Source: Acidobacteriaceae bacterium (lineage in GTDB: Bacteria; Acidobacteriota; Terriglobia; Terriglobales; Acidobacteriaceae). From it: a DNA stretch of 64,000 nucleotides. Below the pieces are notes generated by a model, which did not search any database, was not told the DNA's origin, and worked only from the letters and a program-made list of their open reading frames with translations. The stretch spans positions 45,083-109,082 of the forward strand of contig JANXZM010000009.1 of the NCBI GenBank assembly GCA_025355505.1. Direction: 5' to 3'. A program made the translations under genes and the position numbers. Position 1 is the first letter of the stretch; every line of letters starts with the position of its first letter. Of this stretch, positions 47,554-56,284 are shown in pieces.

Positions 47554-47848
47554 GGAATCAGTATGGGATGCGAAGACAAGCTCGAAAAGTACCGTGCGGG
47601 ATGCCGCAAACTTTTTCTCTTTTGCCGCATCCCGCCTGCCCCTCTATTCTGCTTGACTCTCCCCGCGGAAGCCAATAAACTCGTGCTCGAATTCGTTGTT
47701 TCCCCCCTGCATTAAGACGCGACGATCCAAGCACTCGCAACACCGTTCACCGCCAGCCCCCGGTCAATGAGCGGGGTTTTTAGAACATGGCGCGGAGTTT
47801 CCAGAAAGCTTGCTTAGGCTAGCAAATCTTGATGTCCACGGAGAAGGT

Positions 47849-49517
47849 ATGGCAAAGGCGCGTCGCTCGTGTTTCCCGAAAGCTGTCTTCGCAAGCTGTC
47901 CCCGGCTGTCGATTGTGCTCGGCTGCATGTTCTTGCTCGTCATGGGCATCGCATCCACTCCACTCCACTCTCAGACCTACACGGACCTGCACGATTTCAA
48001 CTGTCCGACCGATGGGTGCTCACCCTATGTGTCTGGAATTCTGGCGCAAGGCCAAGACGGGAATCTGTACGGGACCCTGGGTTCTGGAGGAACTTCTAGC
48101 CTCGGCACAGTTTTTAAAATCACGCCGGCCGGTGCCATCACAACCCTCTACAACTTTTCCGGACTAGATGGGTCGACTCCCTTTGGCGGCCTGACCCTGG
48201 GTACCGATGGCAATTTCTATGGCACTACCCGCGACGGTGGCTTGAATAGCCTTGGCACCATTTTCAAGATCACACCAGCGGGAGTTTTGACCACACTGCA
48301 TAGCTTCAATTCCTCTGATGGAGCATACCCTTATAGTCCACCAATTCCGGGAAAGAATGGTAGCTACTATGGCGTTACTCGTGATAGCAATTTGTCTGTA
48401 GGGGCAGGCTACTCGATTACTTCCGGTGGCACGTTCAAGCTACTGACCACTTCGATTCCAGGGCTTGCCTATGCCCCGCTAATTCTGGCCAGCGACGGAA
48501 ACTTCTATGGGACCAGTCAGAATGGGGGGGGCCTTCGGCCATGGGACGGTTTTTCGGATGTCGGCGACCGGAGTAGTGAAAATCGTTTACAGCTTTGACG
48601 GAACCCACGGGTCGGATCCAATTGGACCCGTCGTTCAGGGCAGTGATGGGTTTCTGTACGGAACCACAGCGATCGGCGGGGCATTTGCGAGCAGCGGTGT
48701 CGTGTTCAAGCTCAGCACCGGGGGTGCGATCACTGTGCTGCACTCGTTCGACCGTAGCAGCCTGACCGATGGCTACGCGCCATATGCCGGCCTGGTTGCG
48801 GCGACGGACGGCAATTTCTATGGCGCAACATGGGCCGGGTCCACAACTGGATCCGCCCCCTATGGAGCGCTGTTCAAAATCACGAAGAGCGGCTCCTATT
48901 CGGTTCTGCATCTGTTCGATATTCCGCATGGCATAAATCAGTTTGCAACTTCCATGCAGCACACCAATGGCATTCTTTACGGTCTGCCACAGAGTGGTGG
49001 TGCCAGCAACAGCGGAGTGTTCTACAGCTTAGCTGTGGGAATCCCACCGTTCGTCTCGCTGATGACGACCGCAGGCACGGCCGGACAGACGGTTGAAATT
49101 CTCGGCAACGGGCTCACCGGCACCACCAGCGTGATGTTCGGCTCCGGTTCTGCCATTTTCACCGTGGTGAGTGATACCTACATGACCGCCGTTGTGCCTG
49201 CCTCGGGTAAGACGGGGACTGTAACCGTGACGACGCCCTCCGGCGCCCTCAAGAGCAAGCAGATATTCAAAGTTATTCCCGTGATCTCGAGCTTCACACC
49301 GACCAGTGGACCGGTAGGAACTCCGGTGACGATCACGGGCACCGGACTCACGGGCGCCACCAAAGTTACCTTCGGTGGCGTGAAGGCGACCGTCTTCACC
49401 GTAACTTCCGGCACGCAGGTAACGGCCACGGTTCCGACTGGAGCTTTGACCGGGAAAGTCAAAATCACCACGGCGGGCGGAACCGCCACCAGTTCGGGCA
49501 CATTCACCGTGAACTGA
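47849..49517 (+). pseudogene. Secreted GloVer (Gloeo_Verruco)-type repeat protein with two C-terminal IPT/TIG domains, split by a -1/+2 frameshift in a G8 tract
   Basis: ORFs 47810..48598 and 48507..49517 carry the same repeat (GNLYGT..GG....GTVFKITP.G..TTLYSF). The frames switch at gggggggg (48524-48531), from ...GNFYGTSQNGG to AFGHGTVFRMS.... The C-terminus has two IPT-like modules (PVISSFTPTSGPVGTPVTITGTGL...). Confidence 0.75.
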
Positions 49518-49587
49518 CGGCGAGCTCCGAAGGTGTGGGAGTCACTTTTTTGGATTCTGTGTCTCGACCAGCTAAGAGGAAAACATA

Positions 49588-50622
49588 ATGAAGCGAACCG
49601 CAGTGTGCTTTCTACTTTTGCCGATTTGCCTGGCGCTCGCCCCAGCCGCATGGGCCAGTTGGGGAAGTTTCGTCTCGACCGGGACTGGCACTGGACTTGG
49701 CACGCCGTCTTGCGCCCAAGTCTCGACTGGCCATGTCGTCTGTGCGGTGCGGAGCGGCAAGTCCGCCATCATGGTGAATCAGTTCGACGGGACAGCGTGG
49801 GGAACAAAGTGGACGAGCCTGGCTGGAGCCGTCGCTTCCGATCCCAGTTGTACGAGCGACGGCGCCGGCAAAGTGATCTGCGCCGTAACTGCCACCAATG
49901 GCAACTTGCAGTGGTCGATCTACAATGGCACGATCTGGAGCGCTCCGGCCAAGGTTATTGCGGCGCTGTATTCGGCTCCAGGCTGCGCGGAGTACACCGC
50001 CGGTCAGGTGCTGTGCGCTGCCCGGAATGTCTCCGGCGGTTTGGCGTGGTCCCTCTACAACGGCACTGTCTGGAGCGCGTTCGCCAACCTCACGACTTCC
50101 GCCGTCTCCCAACCGAGCTGCACTACTGACAACAATAACGGCGTGGTTTGCGCCATATTCACCACCGGCTACGTCACCCTGGTGAATCGTTTCGCAGCGG
50201 GGGTTTGGGAAGGCTTTCTCAGCATCGGCGGAATTGCCGGCGGCGAGCCCGATTGCACGTCCTTGAACTCGGGCGGGAAAGTGGTGTGCTTCGCGAAAGC
50301 GTACAACACTGGAATCTTCGGGAACCTCTTCAACGGAGGAGCATGGGTGGCGGGCGACTGGGCCGGCTACGGCGGAATTGGCGGTAGCGTAAATGAAAAT
50401 GCCAGTTGCACAACGCAGTCTGCCGGCCTGCTGGTCTGCGGAGTCATGGGCCTCGACAATGCCCTTTTCGGCAACATCTATAACGGATCGAGTTGGTTGG
50501 GATGGGCCAAAATCGGCGGCACCGGGGTGAGCACGCCCGCCTGTGCGCCGCTCGGCACGGGCCAAGTTGTGTGCATCGTTCTCGGTATCAACAACAAGCT
50601 TACGAGCGTGGTTGGACCCTAA
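49588..50622 (+). CDS. Secreted Cys/Trp-rich repeat protein, probably a 7-bladed beta-propeller (lectin-like); family not assigned
   Basis: 344-aa ORF with a signal peptide (LLPICLALAPAAWA). About 7 repeats of ~45 aa follow the pattern xxPSCTsxxxGkVvCAvxxxxGxLxwxxYNGTxWSxxxxL, each with 2 Cys. Confidence 0.6.
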   Translation: MKRTAVCFLLLPICLALAPAAWASWGSFVSTGTGTGLGTPSCAQVSTGHVVCAVRSGKSAIMVNQFDGTAWGTKWTSLAGAVASDPSCTSDGAGKVICAVTATNGNLQWSIYNGTIWSAPAKVIAALYSAPGCAEYTAGQVLCAARNVSGGLAWSLYNGTVWSAFANLTTSAVSQPSCTTDNNNGVVCAIFTTGYVTLVNRFAAGVWEGFLSIGGIAGGEPDCTSLNSGGKVVCFAKAYNTGIFGNLFNGGAWVAGDWAGYGGIGGSVNENASCTTQSAGLLVCGVMGLDNALFGNIYNGSSWLGWAKIGGTGVSTPACAPLGTGQVVCIVLGINNKLTSVVGP

Positions 50623-50649
50623 CCTCGGACCTAGTTACGCTTTTTTGAC

Positions 50650-50683
50650 AGCAGCCTTCCTTAGCTGGAAGGCTGCTTTTTTT
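50650..50683. terminator. Bidirectional rho-independent terminator between convergent genes
   Basis: The 11-bp stem agcagccttcc/ggaaggctgct has loop ttagct. It is followed by a T-run and preceded by tttttt, which gives an A/T run for the opposite strand. Confidence 0.75.
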
Positions 50684-50694
50684 CGGCGACCGGC

Positions 50695-51417
50695 CTACCC
50701 ACTCGCCCCGCCCGCCAAGCACAGCAAGTCCACCGCATACAGCACACCCTCGGGCGTCTCGTCGTGCTTGAAGTAGGCGAATACATCGCGGCCGGCGGCG
50801 AGATGCTCGTGATTGCGCGCGACCATCGCCTGGCGTTCTTCTTTCGTGTAATCGGGTTTGCGGTAGCGGTAGTAAGCAAAGTCGGCGGTAACCACGTCGG
50901 GAGTGTCGCGCTCTTCGGTCTCGGCTACACAGAGCGCGATGTTGCGTTCGCGTAGAGTGTCCCATGTGGCGTCAACGAACCAGGATTCGTGGCGGAACTC
51001 AAACGCCACGCGCATACTTGGCGGCAAACTTTTCAGGAACTCGGATAGCACCGCCTGATCTGCTTTGAAATTTGGGGGCAGTTGAAACAGCACTGGGCCC
51101 AGCTTCCCGGCAGGCTCTAATGCTTTCAGCGTGCCGAGAAAGCGTTGCAGGAATTCTTCCGCGCTCTTCAAGCGCTTGATATGGGTGAGCACCTGATGCG
51201 CCTTGATGGTGAAGCGAAAATGCTCCGGCGTTTCGGCGATCCAGTTGTGGACGGTCGTCTCTTTTACCAACTGGCGAAAGGTGTAGTTGACTTCGACGGC
51301 ATTTAATTTCGATGCGTAAAAGTTTAGAAATTTCTTCTGCGCAAGTTTCTCCGGGTAGAAAGCAGGCTTCCATGTTGGATAAGCCCATCCGGAGGTGCCA
51401 ACGTAGAGATGCGCCAT
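50695..51417 (-). CDS. DUF72-family protein
   Basis: 240-aa ORF: MAHLYVGTSGWAYPTWKPAFYP...LNAVEVNYTFRQL...GPVLFQLPPNF...AFEFRHESW, all hallmark DUF72 motifs. Confidence 0.8.
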   Translation of the reverse strand: MAHLYVGTSGWAYPTWKPAFYPEKLAQKKFLNFYASKLNAVEVNYTFRQLVKETTVHNWIAETPEHFRFTIKAHQVLTHIKRLKSAEEFLQRFLGTLKALEPAGKLGPVLFQLPPNFKADQAVLSEFLKSLPPSMRVAFEFRHESWFVDATWDTLRERNIALCVAETEERDTPDVVTADFAYYRYRKPDYTKEERQAMVARNHEHLAAGRDVFAYFKHDETPEGVLYAVDLLCLAGGASG

Positions 51418-51504
51418 ATGGTTTGTCTGCTCACCGCTGCTGCGGCGGCGGTGAATCGCGATTCGGGATTATAACTTGTGACGATTGCCCGCGCCTGACT
51501 TCCC

Positions 51505-51535
51505 TTTCGTCTTCGTCTTCTTCTTCGTCTTCTCC
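51505..51535. repeat. Imperfect hexanucleotide microsatellite (CTTCKT)5
   Basis: tttcgtcttcgtcttcttcttcgtcttctcc, in intergenic DNA. Confidence 0.7.
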
Positions 51536-51663
51536 AGGCGCGGCTGCGTTTCAGCCTGGGCGGCGATGCCGATGCCTTTGCCCGAAGGAGGACCCTTACA
51601 ACATCATCAATATTCCGATCGAACGCACCATGGTGGACGGACGGTGGGTGTGGGAGAGCTGAA

Positions 51664-51720
51664 GGTGGAGCGCCGGGCGTCCCCGCCCGGCTCGACGGGC
51701 GAGGCGCCCGTCCCTCCACC
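51664..51720. repeat. Repeat family C, copy 2 (palindromic)
   Basis: ggtggagcgccgggcgtccccgcccggctcgacgggcgaggcgcccgtccctccacc; compare 15060-15140. Confidence 0.6.
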
Positions 51721-51731
51721 GTACGGGGCGA

Positions 51732-51753
51732 GAGACGCGGCACGCCTCGTCTC
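51732..51753. repeat. Repeat family A hairpin (GAGACGCGGCA.GC..CGTCTC)
   Basis: gagacgcggcacgcctcgtctc. Related copies lie at 53069-53090 and 57778-57804. Confidence 0.6.
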
Positions 51754-51799
51754 TACTGGTGTCTTGACCTGCACTCGATATTTCTAGTATTATCGAACT

Positions 51800-52153
51800 A
51801 TGGTCAGCGCTGCTGTAAAGAACAGTGAACGCGTCGCTCGCTACGCGGATATGTTTTCCGCCATGGGGACCGAGCCGCGACTGCGCATCATGCAATTGCT
51901 GCTCTCCGCGCACCCCGAGGGGCTGGTGGTCAGCGAGATTCAGGACGAGCTTGAGATTCCCGGCTCCACGCTCTCTCATCACCTCGACAAGCTCAAGAAT
52001 GAAGAACTGGTGAGGGTCGAGCGCAAAGGCACGTTTCTGCGGTACACCGCCAACACCGAAGCGCTGCGCGAGATTCTGCAATTTCTCTATGCCGAGTGTT
52101 ACACCCGCAACAAGGCGCTTAAGCCGAAAGACCTCGTCCAATTCTGTAAATAG
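51800..52153 (+). CDS. arsR: ArsR/SmtB-family metalloregulator
   Basis: 117-aa ORF with a winged HTH (RLRIMQLLLSAHPEGLVVSEIQDELEIPGSTLSHHLDKLKNEELV). It is the first gene of the ars cluster. Confidence 0.8.
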   Translation: MVSAAVKNSERVARYADMFSAMGTEPRLRIMQLLLSAHPEGLVVSEIQDELEIPGSTLSHHLDKLKNEELVRVERKGTFLRYTANTEALREILQFLYAECYTRNKALKPKDLVQFCK

Positions 52154-52164
52154 GAGAAGCCATC

Positions 52165-53034
52165 ATGCCGGATGCCAATGTCGATGTCGTCAATATCAAG
52201 GAAGTCGTAAAAGAAAAATACGGACAAGCTGCGTTACGAGTTACAAGCGGCGGCAGCAGTTGCTGCGGAGCAACAGCGGCCAGGGAATTCTGCGATCCGA
52301 TCACGTCGAACCTCTACGACGAAGCGCAGGCCGGGCAGATTCCCGAAGAGGCGATGCTGGCTTCGCTGGGATGCGGCAATCCAACCGCCCTCGCGCAACT
52401 CAACGCCGGCGAAACGGTGCTTGATCTGGGTTCGGGCGGCGGCATTGACGTGCTGCTGTCCGCTAAGCGCGTGGGGCCGACTGGCAAAGCTTATGGGCTG
52501 GACATGACGGACGAGATGTTGGCGCTGGCGAATGAGAACAAGCGCAAAGCTGGAGCGGAGAACGTCGAATTCCTGAAGGGCGAGATCGAAAACATTCCGC
52601 TGCCCGCGAACACGGTCGATGTGATCATTTCCAATTGCGTGATCAATCTTTCGGCTGACAAAGACCGGGTGCTGCGCGAGGCCTTCCGCGTGCTCAAACC
52701 GGGTGGACGATTTGCGGTTTCGGACGTGGTCACTCGGGGCGAAATGGCGCCCGAGGTGCGTCAGAGTGTGCTGGCGTGGGTCGGCTGCATCGCCGGCGCT
52801 CTGGAAGAAAACGAATATCGCGGCAAGCTAGGCGCCGCCGGATTTGAGCAGATCGAGATTGAACCTACGCGAATCTATCGCGCCGCCGACGCCCGCGAGT
52901 TCCTCTCGTCCGCAGGCATTGACGTGGATGCGATCGCGGCGCAAGTGGATGAAAAGTTCATGAGCGCCTTTGTGCGCGCGGTAAAACCGAAGCGGGCGCA
53001 GGAGGCGTGCGGTAGTCCGACTTGCTGCAACTGA
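52165..53034 (+). CDS. arsM: Arsenite S-adenosylmethionine methyltransferase
   Basis: 289-aa ORF with N-terminal Cys pairs (SSCCG...FCDP...LGCGNP), the SAM motif VLDLGSGGGID and ISNCVINLS. Confidence 0.85.
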   Translation: MPDANVDVVNIKEVVKEKYGQAALRVTSGGSSCCGATAAREFCDPITSNLYDEAQAGQIPEEAMLASLGCGNPTALAQLNAGETVLDLGSGGGIDVLLSAKRVGPTGKAYGLDMTDEMLALANENKRKAGAENVEFLKGEIENIPLPANTVDVIISNCVINLSADKDRVLREAFRVLKPGGRFAVSDVVTRGEMAPEVRQSVLAWVGCIAGALEENEYRGKLGAAGFEQIEIEPTRIYRAADAREFLSSAGIDVDAIAAQVDEKFMSAFVRAVKPKRAQEACGSPTCCN

Positions 53035-53068
53035 GGTTTGGTTTCGCCGACGCGCCGAGTGCACACGG

Positions 53069-53090
53069 GAGACGCGGCAAGCCGTATCTC
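53069..53090. repeat. Repeat family A, degenerate copy
   Basis: gagacgcggcaagccgtatctc. Confidence 0.5.
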
Positions 53091-53122
53091 TACGGATAGG
53101 TTGCTCGTGACCCAATCGGAGA

Positions 53123-53620
53123 TTGGACATGGAAGTTCATTACAACGTTCTGTTTCTTTGCACGGGAAACTCGGCGCGTTCGATCATGGCCGAAGCGATT
53201 CTCAACCACAAGGGAAAGCCTGCCTTCACCGCCTACAGCGCCGGAAGTCATCCTTCGGGGACGGTGCGTCCCGAAGCGCTGAAGCAGTTGGAGATGGCTC
53301 GCATATCTGCCAGCGGTCTGCGTAGTAAGAACTGGGACGAATTCGGGCGCGCGGGCGCTCCCGAGTTGCACTTCGTCTTCACGGTTTGCGATAACGCCGC
53401 CAAGGAAACCTGCCCGCTGTGGCCGGGACAGCCCATGACCGCGCACTGGTGAGTTCCCGATCCGGCGGCCGTTCACGGAGACGCGGCGGAAATCGAGCGC
53501 GCCTTCCGCGACGCGTTTTTTATTCTCGACCGGCGAATCAGTCTTTTTCTCGCGCTGCCTCTGGCGGCGCTTGATCGGCTCGCGCTGAAAGAAGAAGTGG
53601 ATCGCATCGGGCGACGATGA
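53123..53620 (+). pseudogene. arsC: Arsenate reductase ArsC (LMW-PTP/thioredoxin-coupled type) interrupted by an in-frame TGA at 53450-53452
   Basis: VLFLCTGNSARS, VCDNAAKETCP, then ...PMTAHW-TGA-VPDPAAVHGDAAEIERAFRDAFFILDRRISLFLALP continues in the same frame to the TGA at 53618-53620. That stop overlaps the acr3 start (ATGA). Confidence 0.8.
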
Positions 53621-54705
53621 CCATGACGACGATGAAGCCATCCCGCCGTCTCAGCTTTTTCGACCGTTATCTCACCGCGTGGATCTTCGCCGCCATGGTC
53701 ATCGGTGTCGGCTTGGGATGGCAAGTCCCGGGAATCGTGCCGTTTCTGAATCGCTTCAGCATCGGTACAACGTCGATTCCGATTGCGGTGGGGCTTATCG
53801 TGATGATGTACCCGCCTTTTACCAAGGTGCGATACGAGGAACTGCACGAGGTTTTTCGCAACACACGTGTGCTGGGCCTGTCTCTCATACAGAACTGGGT
53901 GGTCGGTCCGATCCTGATGTTTGTTCTGGCCGTCGTGTTCTTGCGCGGGTACCCCGAATACATGGCTGGACTCATCATGATCGGGCTCGCTCGCTGTATT
54001 GCGATGGTCATCGTGTGGAACGAACTGGCCGGCGGCGATACCCAATATGCTGCTGGCCTGGTTGCCTTCAATTCCCTGTTCCAGGTGTTTTTCTACCCGC
54101 CATATGCGTGGCTCTTCATCACGGTTCTTCCCGCTAGACTTGGCTTCCAGGGCGCGATCGTCCACGTCTCCATCACGGAAATCGCAAAGAGTGTTTTTAT
54201 TTATCTCGGCATTCCTTTTCTGGCTGGGTTCGTAACTCGCACGCTGCTGCTGCGGATTCGCGGGCGCGAGTGGTATGAGAGTAAGTTCGTTCCCCGCGTC
54301 AGCCCGCTTACCCTGATCGCTTTGCTGTTCACGATTGTGGTGATGTTCTCGCTCAAGGGCGCTTACATCGTCCGGCTCCCGCTCGATGTGCTGCGAATCG
54401 CGGTGCCGCTCCTGATCTACTTCGTGGTGATGTTCCTGGTGTCGTTTTATATGGGAAAGAAACTGGGCGCCGACTATTCAAGGACGGCCACGCTCTCGTT
54501 CACCGCGGCCTCGAACAACTTTGAACTGGCGATTGCCGTGGCCGTTTCCGTTTTCGGCATTAACTCCGGGGCGGCATTCGCTGCCGTGATCGGGCCTCTG
54601 GTCGAAGTGCCGGTGATGATTATGCTGGTGAACGTCGCGCTTTACTTTCAGCGGCGGTATTTTTCCGATGCTGCTCGTTTGACAACCTTCCCTGCCTCCA
54701 CGTAA
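53617..54705 (+). CDS. acr3: ACR3-family arsenite efflux permease
   Basis: 362-aa ORF with about 10 TM helices and motifs [24 protein letters not shown] and [14 protein letters not shown]. Confidence 0.9.
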   Translation: MTMTTMKPSRRLSFFDRYLTAWIFAAMVIGVGLGWQVPGIVPFLNRFSIGTTSIPIAVGLIVMMYPPFTKVRYEELHEVFRNTRVLGLSLIQNWVVGPILMFVLAVVFLRGYPEYMAGLIMIGLARCIAMVIVWNELAGGDTQYAAGLVAFNSLFQVFFYPPYAWLFITVLPARLGFQGAIVHVSITEIAKSVFIYLGIPFLAGFVTRTLLLRIRGREWYESKFVPRVSPLTLIALLFTIVVMFSLKGAYIVRLPLDVLRIAVPLLIYFVVMFLVSFYMGKKLGADYSRTATLSFTAASNNFELAIAVAVSVFGINSGAAFAAVIGPLVEVPVMIMLVNVALYFQRRYFSDAARLTTFPAST

Positions 54706-54739
54706 CGTCGAATTTTTGGTGGTCAGTCGTGGAGGCAGG

Positions 54740-56284
54740 ATGAAATCTCGCTTAACCTCTATACAAACAGTCGTTGTCTGTTTCGTGCTCTGCGCGCTCG
54801 CTCTCGGCCAGGATGTGGCTTCTTTCGAGAAGCGCACCACCGTGAAGAAGCTCGCCAACGGCCTCACCATCATCGTCTGCGAGCGGCCGGAAGCGCCGGT
54901 CTTTTCGTTCTTCACGCACGTGGATGCGGGCTCGGTGCAGGATCCCATGGGCAAGACTGGCCTGGCGCACATGTTCGAGCACATGGCGTTCAAGGGGACG
55001 GACACGATTGGGACGCGCGATTATGCCGGCGAAAAAGTAGCGCTGGCGAAAGTGGAAGAGGCTTATGCGGCGTACCTTGCGGAGCGCGACAAGCCGGTTG
55101 GTCGCGACGACCAGAAGCTCACGCAGCTTGAGCAGAACTGGAAGGAAGCGATGGCGGCGGCCGACAAGTTTTCGGCGGGGTACAACAACGAGTTTGGCAA
55201 GATCGTCGAAGGCGAAGGCGGCGAGGGCATGAACGCTTTCACCAACCTCGATGAAACCGGCTATCACTACTCGTTTCCGATCAACCGGCTGGAATTGTGG
55301 GCTTATCTTGAATCGGAGCGTTTTCTGCATCCGGTGATGCGGCAATTTTACAAGGAGCGCAACGTCGTAATCGAAGAACGGCGGATGCGGACGGACAGCA
55401 ATCCCATTGGACGGCTGCTCGAGCAATTTACGGAAGAAGCATTCGCGGCGCATCCTTATCACCGGCCGACGATTGGGTGGATTTCGGATTTGAACTCCTT
55501 TTCGGCGACGGACGCGCAGAAGTTTTTCGATACGTACTACGTGCCTTCGAATATGGTCGTCACTGTCGTCGGAGACGTGAAGGTTGCGGAAGCGATGCCG
55601 ATAGTGGAGAAATATTTCTCGCGAATTCCGGCGCGTCCCAAACCGGATACGGCAACCACCACCGAGCCTCCGCAGAATTCCGAGCGGAGCGTGGTGCTGC
55701 GCGAGCAGTCGCAGCCGCTCTATCTCGAAGGCTATCACCGCCCCGATTACCGCAGCCCGGACGACCAGATCTATGATGCGATCGCCGACCTGATGTCGAA
55801 TGGACGCACTTCACGTTTGTATCGGGCGCTGGTTCGCGACAAGCAGATCGCTTCGGACTCGGCGGGATTTACCGGGCTGCCGGGAAATAAATATCCGCAT
55901 CTGTTTGCGTTTTATGCGTTTCCGATCCCGGGGCATAAGCCGCAGGAGATGGCTGCGGCGATTCATGTGGAGATTGAGCGGTTGAAGAAAGAAGATATTT
56001 CGGATGAAGAATTGAAAATGATCAAGACGCGAGCGAAGGCGAATCTGATCCGGTCGCTTGGATCGAATGAGGGACTGGCGTTCGCGCTGGGGCTGAATGA
56101 GGCGCGCTATGACGACTGGCGGGAGTTATTCCGCTCGGTCGACCGGATTGAGAAAGTTACGAAGGCGGACATACGGCGGGTTGCGAACCAGACATTCGTG
56201 CCCGATAACCGGACGGTAGGAATTATTGAATTTGCGGGCGGGCCTCCGGGAACTGGCGCTGGACCGCAAGGAGGTGGCCAGTGA
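54740..56284 (+). CDS. M16 (pitrilysin/insulinase) family zinc peptidase, catalytic subunit
   Basis: ORF 54716..56284. ATG at 54740 follows GGAGG. Signal peptide present, with an inverted zinc motif HMFEHMAFKGT. Confidence 0.85.
   Translation: MKSRLTSIQTVVVCFVLCALALGQDVASFEKRTTVKKLANGLTIIVCERPEAPVFSFFTHVDAGSVQDPMGKTGLAHMFEHMAFKGTDTIGTRDYAGEKVALAKVEEAYAAYLAERDKPVGRDDQKLTQLEQNWKEAMAAADKFSAGYNNEFGKIVEGEGGEGMNAFTNLDETGYHYSFPINRLELWAYLESERFLHPVMRQFYKERNVVIEERRMRTDSNPIGRLLEQFTEEAFAAHPYHRPTIGWISDLNSFSATDAQKFFDTYYVPSNMVVTVVGDVKVAEAMPIVEKYFSRIPARPKPDTATTTEPPQNSERSVVLREQSQPLYLEGYHRPDYRSPDDQIYDAIADLMSNGRTSRLYRALVRDKQIASDSAGFTGLPGNKYPHLFAFYAFPIPGHKPQEMAAAIHVEIERLKKEDISDEELKMIKTRAKANLIRSLGSNEGLAFALGLNEARYDDWRELFRSVDRIEKVTKADIRRVANQTFVPDNRTVGIIEFAGGPPGTGAGPQGGGQ

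Noticed and set aside
47900-49500. Periodic DNA repeats that might suggest a CRISPR array or satellite
   Set aside because: The periodicity is protein-level (GloVer and IPT repeats) with divergent DNA. There are no identical direct repeats with unique spacers. No CRISPR array or cas genes were seen anywhere in the window.
51324-51743. 139-aa minus ORF containing a poly-Arg run
   Set aside because: The poly-Arg run is just the translation of the (CTTCKT)n microsatellite, and the rest overlaps REP-like palindromes. It is not a credible gene.
53450-53452. arsC TGA as selenocysteine or an alternative genetic code (TGA=Gly)
   Set aside because: Every other gene in the window terminates normally at TGA/TAA/TAG, many of them at TGA. 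The position is a conserved Gly, not a redox Cys, and I saw no SECIS-like hairpin immediately downstream. A point mutation or sequencing error is the simpler explanation.
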